A stretch of DNA of 32,000 nt from a cyanobacterium endosymbiont of Epithemia clementina EcSB (GTDB lineage Bacteria > Cyanobacteriota > Cyanobacteriia > Cyanobacteriales > Microcystaceae), in contig NZ_CP123991.1 in NCBI RefSeq assembly GCF_029919255.1, positions 2,890,434 through 2,922,433 on the forward strand. The letters run 5' to 3'. The notes under the pieces were generated by a model. That model did no database searches. It was not told the origin of the DNA and saw only the letters and a program-made list of their open reading frames with translations. Positions 10,222-18,584 of this stretch are shown piece after piece; position 1 is the first letter of the stretch, and every line of letters begins with the position of its first letter. Made by a program: the position numbers and the translations under genes.

Positions 10222-10265
10222 AAAAACTTCAATTGTGTAATTAAATTTACACAATTGAAGTTTTT
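10222..10265. terminator. Perfect 19-bp hairpin flanked by A5 and T6 runs; bidirectional terminator-like
   Basis: aaaaacttcaattgtgtaa (10222-10240) is the exact reverse complement of ttacacaattgaagttttt (10247-10265), with loop ttaaat. It lies 236 nt after the stop of the 9372-9986 gene. Confidence 0.6.
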
Positions 10266-10356
10266 TATTAAATCAATTCTAAAGATTAACTAGTTTTACA
10301 TTGATCATTAATCAGGATTAATAAGTTATGATTGATAAAATCACGTTATTGGGGAA

Positions 10357-10572
10357 ATGTTAATGAACTCAGGAAAAATAGTTGCTATTATTACAGGAAC
10401 AGTCTCTATTTTTTTAGCGATTGCTTATCTTATTCTAGTACAATTACTAGACATTAGAGGGGAAACGATTCCTGGCTCAAACTTCAATAATAAACAGATA
10501 TCAATTCATGAAGTTGTCAACAATAAGATAAATAATTGTGAAGTTTTAAATGCAAAAGGGATAATCGTTTAG
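10357..10572 (+). CDS. Hypothetical small membrane protein (one predicted TM helix); the start may be the second ATG at 10363
   Basis: The ORF-track entry contains a hydrophobic helix, IVAIITGTVSIFLAIAYLILVQLL, followed by DIRGETIPG. I recognise no family, and the C-terminal half is N/K-rich like the surrounding AT-rich DNA. Confidence 0.35.
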   Translation: MLMNSGKIVAIITGTVSIFLAIAYLILVQLLDIRGETIPGSNFNNKQISIHEVVNNKINNCEVLNAKGIIV

Positions 10573-10678
10573 TAGCTATTAGATAGACTGAGCAAAAGTG
10601 ATAAAGAATTATTGATATAAAAAAATACCCCCGATGATTCCTAGAATTATCGGAAATTGTCCACTGATAAGGATTTGA

Positions 10679-13600
10679 ATGATTCCCCTCGAACTTAGCC
10701 TGAAAAACTTTCTTAGCTATCGAGAAGCAACCCTAAATTTTAGAGGGTTACATACAGCCTGTATCTGTGGTGCAAATGGTGCAGGAAAATCATCTTTACT
10801 CGAAGCAATTACCTGGGTGATTTGGGGTAAAAGTCGCGCCGTAGTTGATGATGATGTTATTTATACAGGATGTAACTATGTGCGAGTTGATTTTCAATTT
10901 ATTAGTAATCAAGAAGTTTATCGAATCATCCGTAATCGTCATCGAGGACGTAGTAGTCATCTAGAATTTCAAATAGAAAGTTCAGGAGAATTTCGTTCAT
11001 TGACTAGCAAAGGAATACGAGCTACTCAAGAAAAAATAGTTTTCTCCTTAAAACTGGATTATGAAACGTTTATTAATTCAGCATATTTACGTCAAGGAAG
11101 AGCTGATGAATTTATGCTACGTCGCCCAATAGAACGAAAACAAATATTAGCAGATTTATTAAAGCTTGGACAGTATCAAGAATTATCTAATCGAGCTAAG
11201 GATTTATCTAAACAATATCAAGGACAAGCTCAACACATTGAATTAAGTCTAGTACCTATAAAAGAAAAATTAGAAAAGAAAAAAGATATTCAAGGACAAC
11301 AGTTAACTCTATCCGAACGGATACAAAAACTTCAACTTAATCAAGAAAAGCAAAAAAATCAACTCCAGCAACTTCAACGAGAAGAACAGCAGAGAAAAAC
11401 TTGGTATAACCAATTAGATTGGCAAGAACAACAATATAAAAAACTAGAAAAAGACAAACAAAGATTACAAAAGGAAAAGAACGAAATTAATCAACAGCTG
11501 CATCGTCTTATAATAATTACAAATCAAGAAGATAATATTCTTAAAGGTTGCCAGAAATTATTAGAATTACAAAAGGAAGAAAAAAGCTTATCTCTTAAGT
11601 TTAAAGTTCATCAAGATAATACTAAAAGACAACAATTATTAACCCAAAAGCTAAATAAAAAACATAATGTAATTGAGTTACAAATTCATCAAGCTAAAAC
11701 TCAGTTAGATATATTAGAGCGAGAAGAAAAAGAACTGCAGTATATTCTTAAGAATTCCGATGAAGTCAAAACTGCTTTGCAACATCTATCTAATCATCGT
11801 AGACACTTATACGAATTAGATAAGTTACAGCATAAAGTTACACCAATTCAACAAAAATACTACAATATACACTCTGAAATTGAACAAGTTAAGGCTAATT
11901 TAAAAGCCCAGCTAGAACAGCTTTATATTGCTGAAACTGATTGTTTGGAACAACTAGAAAAAATGCCAAAAATACGGGAATCTGTATCAGATCTTGATAC
12001 TAAAATACAAAATCTTGACAATAAAAAAAATTATCAAAAACGAGTGGAAGAAAAAGGTCAAAAACAAAAAGAGTATCAAAAAATACTCAAAGAAAATCAG
12101 CGACACTTTGAAGAAAAAATTGAAGAATTAAAACAAAAACTACAAAAACTAAACGTTCCAAATTCAATTTGCCCTCTATGTGAACAGCCATTAAATGACA
12201 CTCATCTTAATCAAATTTTTAGAAAAACTCAGTTGCAGGAACAAGAAATTAAAGATAAAATTTGGATGTTACAAGAACAGATATCTCTTGTAGAAAAAGA
12301 ATTGAAAATACTAAGAATAGAATATACTCAATTAAATAAAGACTTAGCTGATTATCCTTCATTACAGAAAAAAATTGGACAATTAGAAGCACAACTAGAA
12401 ACTTTTGAAAAAGTTAATTTTAAACTTAAACAAGTTAGAGAAAAAATTCAAAAAATTGAACAAAAATTGACTGAAAATAGCTATTGTATAGATTTACAAT
12501 CTGAACTTAATACTCTAAATCAAGAACTAAAACATCTCAATTATGACGAGCAAACCCATGCTTTAGTTAGAGGAGAAGTCGAACGATTGCGTAAAGTAGA
12601 AATTAGACAAGCTAAACTAGAAGATGCGAATCGCCGTCAGTCAATTATTTCACAACAAAAACCCCAACTTATTCAAAAAATATCTGCTCTTAAGCAAGAA
12701 ATAAAAAACTTACATCAAACCTCAAAGATTAAACAAGAGCTTGAGGAAATAGAACAATCAATTCAAAATTTAGGCTATCAAAATTCAAATCACCAGGAAT
12801 TACTAAAGTCTCTTCGTGAGTCCCAGTCTTGGGAACTAAAATTTCAAGAATTGCAACAAGCAAAACAACAATATCCCGAATTACAAAAACGGTTAGAAAT
12901 TGTAGAAATACGACTAAACGATAACCTTACTGAACAAAATAAAATTAAACAAGAAATTGATATCTTATCTTTTAAGATAAAATCCACAATGGATCAAAGA
13001 GAAATAATTACTGTCCTAGAAAAAAGCATCCAAATTCAACGACAAAAATTAGATGAGTTGTTAGCAAACCAAGGAAGATTAGAACAATCTATTTCTCAAT
13101 TAGAAAGTGTTAAACAACAATTTACTGATGATAAAAAACAGCTTAAAGATATCTATAGGAAATATCGTGTTTACACAGAATTAGCTCAAGCATTTGGGAA
13201 AAACGGCATCCAAGCATTAATGATCGAAAATATTTTACCTCAATTAGAAGCTGAAACTAATCAAATTCTTGCTCGCTTAACGGATAATCAACTTCATATT
13301 CAATTCTTTACTCAAAGAAAAGGACGTAGTGGTAGTTCTCGGAAGAAAACTACAAAAGTTATTGATACTTTAGATATTTTAATTTCTGATTCTCAAGGAA
13401 CTCGTTCATATGAAACTTATTCGGGTGGGGAAGCATTTAGAATTAATTTTTCTATTCGTTTAGCTTTAGCAAAGTTACTAGCACAACAGGCAGGAACTTC
13501 TTTACAAATGCTCATTGTTGATGAAGGATTTGGAACCCAAGATGCTCAAGGTTGTGAGCAATTAGTTGCAGCAATTAATGCTATTGCTTCAGACTTTTCT

Positions 13601-13705
13601 TGTATTTTAAGTGTCACTCATATGCCACGATTCAAAGAAGCTTTTCAATGTCGTATTGAAGTATATAAAGACAATCAAGGATCTCAATTAGAGTTAGTTA
13701 GTTGA
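10679..13705 (+). CDS. sbcC: SbcC/Rad50-family DNA repair ATPase (SMC-like, with a zinc hook)
   Basis: N-terminal Walker A CGANGAGKSSLLEAI. A coiled coil of roughly 700 aa rich in Q/K/E. CxxC zinc hook CPLC at nt 12170-12181 (Cys498). C-terminal ABC signature YSGGEAFRINFSIRLALA, Walker B MLIVDEGFG and H-loop SVTHM. Confidence 0.88.
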   Translation: MIPLELSLKNFLSYREATLNFRGLHTACICGANGAGKSSLLEAITWVIWGKSRAVVDDDVIYTGCNYVRVDFQFISNQEVYRIIRNRHRGRSSHLEFQIESSGEFRSLTSKGIRATQEKIVFSLKLDYETFINSAYLRQGRADEFMLRRPIERKQILADLLKLGQYQELSNRAKDLSKQYQGQAQHIELSLVPIKEKLEKKKDIQGQQLTLSERIQKLQLNQEKQKNQLQQLQREEQQRKTWYNQLDWQEQQYKKLEKDKQRLQKEKNEINQQLHRLIIITNQEDNILKGCQKLLELQKEEKSLSLKFKVHQDNTKRQQLLTQKLNKKHNVIELQIHQAKTQLDILEREEKELQYILKNSDEVKTALQHLSNHRRHLYELDKLQHKVTPIQQKYYNIHSEIEQVKANLKAQLEQLYIAETDCLEQLEKMPKIRESVSDLDTKIQNLDNKKNYQKRVEEKGQKQKEYQKILKENQRHFEEKIEELKQKLQKLNVPNSICPLCEQPLNDTHLNQIFRKTQLQEQEIKDKIWMLQEQISLVEKELKILRIEYTQLNKDLADYPSLQKKIGQLEAQLETFEKVNFKLKQVREKIQKIEQKLTENSYCIDLQSELNTLNQELKHLNYDEQTHALVRGEVERLRKVEIRQAKLEDANRRQSIISQQKPQLIQKISALKQEIKNLHQTSKIKQELEEIEQSIQNLGYQNSNHQELLKSLRESQSWELKFQELQQAKQQYPELQKRLEIVEIRLNDNLTEQNKIKQEIDILSFKIKSTMDQREIITVLEKSIQIQRQKLDELLANQGRLEQSISQLESVKQQFTDDKKQLKDIYRKYRVYTELAQAFGKNGIQALMIENILPQLEAETNQILARLTDNQLHIQFFTQRKGRSGSSRKKTTKVIDTLDILISDSQGTRSYETYSGGEAFRINFSIRLALAKLLAQQAGTSLQMLIVDEGFGTQDAQGCEQLVAAINAIASDFSCILSVTHMPRFKEAFQCRIEVYKDNQGSQLELVS

Positions 13706-14344
13706 GTAGATATAAATAATTTAATATATATTACTTGAATTGATATCTTTAAAAGTAACTTTTATTTGATAAATGTAGTTCTACTAAACTGCTCATATAG
13801 AATATATTAGTTAAATACCAATTTAAAAAACTTCAGAGTTGAAAATTTGCAAAATCTCTTAATCTATAAGCTCTCCTTTAAATCAACTTAAATTTATTGT
13901 TAATACCTTCTAATGTTCCTTCCAAAAAAAGGAAATAATTTTTCTAATTTAATACCAATTAAACAGCCTTTTAGCTGTAATAAGTGAGTTCTTAAAAACA
14001 TAAATTAGTTAATTTTTACAGTCCTGATACCTAAATTTGAGTCTTTTTTGAAAATTGTTCTAAATTATTCTTAAAATTGGTGTTTTAAAAGAAAAAAAGT
14101 AACATTACATAAATCTATATATAACTTAATTTTTAATTTTTTGCTTATTTCTTTTTAAGAAAATTTACTATTATTTGATTCTATATTTTTTAGGTTTTAA
14201 TTTAATTTTTAAGTTTTGTAGCTTTTTATTTAATAGGTTTTAAAATAAGCTAATTAAGCATTTACTTGTTTGATGACATAAAACATAGTTGCTAGTACTT
14301 TAGCTTATAACATTTATTTATTAAAAAGATTTAATAGGATGGTG

Positions 14345-16060
14345 TGAGATCTAGACTAATCTATTTAATCTTCCTCAAAATCTCTTTCTCCCAAACTTCT
14401 GACTATTTTGCTCTTTTTTAAAATTTTCTTACTTTTGTAATTATTACCATCATTCCTTTATGTAAATTTACCAACACTATATGATAGTAAATATGGTAAT
14501 GAAAACTAATTTATAATGAGAGGGTAATATTCTCAATATAAATGATATATCTAAAATATTATTTAGTTTCACTAAATAGTTTATCGGAATCAAAAAAATA
14601 GTACTTTTTTTTGAAAAAATCTTGGAAAGAAACTATAAAAAAATCTTGCTATAATCATATTTTATTCTTAATAACAAGAAAATTTTAAAAAATAAATAAT
14701 TAAAAATTTTCAAGATAAGAATTAAAAGCAAAGAGACTAAACAAACTTTATTAGTGAATAAAGTTTCTAAAAAATTAACTCATAAGTTAAAATTAAAACC
14801 AGCAAATGGATGAATATGGACATAATCGACAGCAGCCAGTTGGACAGGTAAAAAAATGAGATTCCTGAAAAAAGTTTAGATACTCCTATCAGATTCTAAG
14901 ATCAAAATATAGAACTTTTTAAACAAGAAATATTTATTGCAAATCAACCTTTTTAAAAAACTATATGAAATATCTTCAGAAGTAGAAATAGATATATAGC
15001 TATTTTATGAACTTTAAGTCTACTTAAAGTTCATAAAAGAAAAGTTTTTAGTACTCTCATAGAAAGATTTACTGCGACGGTAACCTAGAGCTATCAATAT
15101 TTAGTTGTATATCTATATATTTATCAAATAACTAACATGATAAACCTTATAAAATTAAATTTCAATAAAAAATATAAAATGGTCGAATTTAGTTGATGAA
15201 TATTTGGCTAAAGATGTCAAACTATCTGAAAAGAGTTTTATTAAGAGAAGATAATGCCGAACGGCGTTGTAGCAAAAAGAGAAAAATTTCTTCAGGAATT
15301 ACTAGAGAATACTTGCTAGCTTGCTCTCCAGAATTAGAGTCAGCAGAAAAATGATAGACGTTAGCAGATGATTTTTGAGGTTATGAGTATTTTGAAATAA
15401 TTAATAAAATGGAAAAATTCTTGTTTGATTTTGGTAAGATTCTCAGTCAAATACAAAAAATTAAAAATTTTATCGATGATTTTAAGTTAAATATCCTGTG
15501 TTTTATACAGATAAAATGGCAATTGGATTCAATTTAATAACTTTCTTGTCTTTTAATCATGGCAATTTAATACAATGTAAACTTTTTAAACTTCTAAGTA
15601 AACTTCTAAGGTTTTGATATTTGTAATTTTTGACCTAAATATTCCAGTATTATCTTTTTTTCTTGTTCAATTACTCCATTTCTTTTGGCTACATCGTTAA
15701 CGTCATTATTTAAGACCTCTTCGATGATTTTTATATTTAATCTTTTTGAAGATATTCTTTTTTTTAAAAAAAAACCTTACTTTTCTGTAAACTTATTTTT
15801 ACATTGATTACAATTCATTTGACGATGATTAATCCTGAGATAGACGGCTTCCTCTTCTCAAGGTAAATCTTCGATAGTTAATTTTTAATTTTAATAAAAT
15901 TGAATGGTGGCTGAACTACAATCAATACGAGTTTCTATTTGGTCTATGTTTTCAATAAATCAAACTATTCCTATATCATTTTTTATTTTATAAAAGGTAA
16001 TAATAAATTTTTCTAAATTTAAAATCTAATTTACTAAACTGAGTTTAGTTTGACTTTTTT
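14345..16060 (-). mobile_element. Decayed ISL3-family transposase gene, relic copy 1 (many stops and frameshifts; boundaries approximate)
   Basis: Minus-strand translation gives ILNLEKFIITFYKIKNDIGIV*FIENIDQIETRIDCSSATIQFY*N*KLTIEDLP*EEEAVYLRINHRQMNCNQCKNKFTEK* (the zf-ISL3 pattern LP..G..VYL.I.RRQ..C..C...FTE). It continues KIIEEVLNNDVNDVAKRNGVIEQEKKIILEYLGQKLQISKP*KFT*KFKKFTLY*IAMIKRQESY (the HTH and GIDEIA..KGQ.Y region). A C-terminal remnant KRAK*...FGRKRF*GRLNRLV* lies near 14350-14420. Confidence 0.7.
15003..15038. repeat. Perfect 16-bp inverted repeat (hairpin) inside ISL3 relic 1
   Basis: ttttatgaactttaag (15003-15018) is the exact reverse complement of cttaaagttcataaaa (15023-15038), with loop tcta. 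Confidence 0.85.
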
Positions 16061-16685
16061 AAGAAATAAGATTTGCTACAATGTAGTCTATACTATAATT
16101 ATATTTTTTGATAAGTTCATCATTGACAATCAAAATTTGCCTTTATTTTATAAAATTGTTGGTTATTATTAGTTCTTTTATTTTTTTTCTGAGCGCTCTC
16201 TCTTTAAGGGATTTTATGTCTTTTTTTTCTAAATTATTTCTTTTTACTTCTTGGATAATCCAACAATCCTTCTTTTCTTTGAAAAATTGATCTAGGAATT
16301 ATTTTCCTAAAAAATATTTTCTGATAGATTTCTCAAATCTGTGATCCCCTTACCTTCTTATCCTCTTGGATTTAAATATAATATTTTTGCCATTTTTCTT
16401 GAAGATTATTTTTAGATTGTTAGTGAACTTTGATGTTTCTTGACTTTCCCAATTTTATTAGCTTAATTTTTTAGCAGGCTGACATCTAGTGAGCGCTTTT
16501 CTTCAACTATTTTTTTGCACCACATTCGTTCAAGCTCATCTGCTTAACTATTTAACAATATCCCTACTGATTCTTTGTAGCAAACCTAAAGGAAATTTTA
16601 CATATAAAATTTCAAAACTTCTTAGTCTTATTTAATCATTTAGAAGAATAGGATAAATTTACTAATTTCTCTTAGGTAAAAAGAC

Positions 16686-18179
16686 TCACACTTTTGCTTC
16701 TTCTAAAAGGAGCTTAGAGCGCTTAATTCTTTCGGGAATGCTAACAGGATAGTCTCCGGTAAAACAAGCAGAACAGAAACTATCGGGATCTTCGCCCGTT
16801 ACTTCTAACATTCCTCTCCAACTCAGATAAGCCAAAGAATCCACTCCTATTTGTCTTGCAATATCAGGAATAGACTTGGTGGCTGCCACTAACTGAGTTT
16901 GGTTGTCAGTGTCAATGCCATAAAAACACGGATGAGTGACAGGGGCGGAAGAAATCCTCATGTGTATTTCTTTAGCACCAGCATCACGCAAGGCTTTAAC
17001 AATTTTACGACTGGTGGTTCCTCTTACAATAGAATCATCCACTATGATTACTCGTTTATCTGCAAGTACATCTTTAAGGGGATTTAACTTCATTTTAATC
17101 CCCGACTCTCGCATCTGTTGAGTGGGTTGGATAAACGTCCTTCCTACATAACGATTTTTGATTAATCCTTCCCCGTAAGGAATTCCTGATACTTGGGAAA
17201 ATCCAATAGCTGCCGGAATACCAGAATCAGGAACTCCCATAACTAAATCAGCTTCAACAGTAGATTCTCGTGCCAATTTTTGCCCTAAACGTACCCGATA
17301 ACTGTACAGAGTTTCACCGTGCATTATGCTATCAGGACGGGAAAAATAAATCATTTCAAAAATACATAATTTCCGTTTCGGTTGAGTTACCCAGTGGAAA
17401 GATGATAAACCATTTTCGGTAATCCAAACTAATTCTCCTGGTTCTACATCCCGTAGATAGTCTGCTCCAATAATATCTAAGGCACAAGTTTCCGAGGCAA
17501 GGACATAACGAACAGGATTTCCTTCTAAAATACCGATGACTAAGGGACGGATACCGTTAGGATCTCTTACCCCCATTAATCCCGCTGGAGTTCCAATGGC
17601 TAAGCTATAGGCTCCAGAACATAATTGAAACGAACTAATAGCTGCTTCTAACCAGTCTTTGCCCTCATTGACCTCTTGGGCAATGGCTACTGCAATCATC
17701 TCTGAGTCGGTGCTAGTATCAAAGTGGCAGCCTCGTTTTTTTAGGATTTGACGTAATTCTATGGTATTGACAAGATTGCCGTTGTGTGCCAGGGATAAGT
17801 GACCTAGACGGGTATTGAGAACAGCTGGTTGAGCGTTAGCTTTTTGGCTAGATCCTGTAGTTGAATAGCGGGTATGTCCAACGGCTATATTCCCAGTCAA
17901 TTCATCTAAGATAGATTCTTTAAAAACTTGGGAGACTAACCCCATGTCTTTGTAAATGTGAACACCATCCTCATCTAAAGTAGCAATTCCGGCTGATTCT
18001 TGCCCTCGATGTTGCAGGGCATAAAGTCCAAAATATGTCAATTTTGCAACGACTTTCTCGGGGGCATAAAGTCCAAAAATACCACAGGCTTCTTCTGGTT
18101 TTTCAGAGGCTAGATAGAGAGAGTCAATGGTGTCAGTTATTTGCTGATGATCATTAAAAATCTGGTCGTTAGCAGTCAT
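16686..18179 (-). CDS. purF: Amidophosphoribosyltransferase (glutamine PRPP amidotransferase)
   Basis: A propeptide is followed by the catalytic Cys in EEACGIFGLYAP. It also has HRGQESAGIA, the PRPP-binding loop VIIVDDSIVRGTTS, and the C-terminal Fe-S cysteines CFYGIDT...CSACFTGDYP. Confidence 0.96.
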   Translation of the reverse strand: MTANDQIFNDHQQITDTIDSLYLASEKPEEACGIFGLYAPEKVVAKLTYFGLYALQHRGQESAGIATLDEDGVHIYKDMGLVSQVFKESILDELTGNIAVGHTRYSTTGSSQKANAQPAVLNTRLGHLSLAHNGNLVNTIELRQILKKRGCHFDTSTDSEMIAVAIAQEVNEGKDWLEAAISSFQLCSGAYSLAIGTPAGLMGVRDPNGIRPLVIGILEGNPVRYVLASETCALDIIGADYLRDVEPGELVWITENGLSSFHWVTQPKRKLCIFEMIYFSRPDSIMHGETLYSYRVRLGQKLARESTVEADLVMGVPDSGIPAAIGFSQVSGIPYGEGLIKNRYVGRTFIQPTQQMRESGIKMKLNPLKDVLADKRVIIVDDSIVRGTTSRKIVKALRDAGAKEIHMRISSAPVTHPCFYGIDTDNQTQLVAATKSIPDIARQIGVDSLAYLSWRGMLEVTGEDPDSFCSACFTGDYPVSIPERIKRSKLLLEEAKV

Positions 18180-18272
18180 GGATAGGATTTTGCTCCTGAA
18201 AGAGGCGGTCTGGCGATTTTAGCTGAAATTGGTCTAGTTAAGAATATTACGAACGGACTTTAATAGTTTTTT

Positions 18273-18317
18273 AACCTAGTCTTACCAAAGTTTTTATCTA
18301 GGGTTAAACGATTATAA
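18273..18317. repeat. Bipartite short dispersed repeat, copy B (ACCTAGTCTTACC-N18-TAAACGATTATAA)
   Basis: It matches copy A at 2165-2198 with one mismatch per half-site. It lies in the 405-bp purL-purF spacer, antisense to the direction of transcription there. Confidence 0.55.
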
Positions 18318-18531
18318 GGTGTGGCCATCTAATTTGTATAGACCAGCTATATTGATTTAAATTGTTTCTAACTTAAAATTAACATTGGATGCTCAAAATG
18401 ACCAATGTTTTTTACAAAAACCATTGTAACGTTAATCAAAAATCTACGATTAATTATGTTTATGTGTATTTTTAAAATTTTCTATGATATTTAATTTAGT
18501 TTATGAGAACGTTAAGTTTTGTATAAACACC

Positions 18532-18571
18532 TAAAAAATCAAAGCATAAATCTCTGTTAGAGATGTTTATA
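18532..18571 (-). terminator. Probable intrinsic terminator of purL
   Basis: On the minus strand, directly after the purL stop: gtataaacatctct-aac-agagatttatgc (about 12 bp with a 2-nt bulge), followed by tttgatttttt. Confidence 0.6.
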
Positions 18572-18584
18572 CTTTAATTGAAAT

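Noticed and set aside
9987-10678. Possible sbcD remnant upstream of sbcC
   Set aside because: By-eye translation in all frames showed no metallophosphoesterase motifs (DxH, GDxxD, GNHD/E), so it is not supportable.
16108-16290. Plus-strand 60-aa ORF in the large ORF-free stretch
   Set aside because: It is an F/L/I/S-rich translation of T-rich DNA with no ribosome-binding site. It lies in DNA adjoining ISL3 relic 1, whose minus strand shows faint HTH-like reading (SLKERALRKKIKELIITNNFIK), so it is most likely non-coding.
16899-17121. Plus-strand ORFs 16899-17087 and 16936-17121, and the plus-strand ORFs 20068-20379 and 24382-24597
   Set aside because: They are nested antisense within purF, purL and clpB respectively, so they are shadow ORFs.
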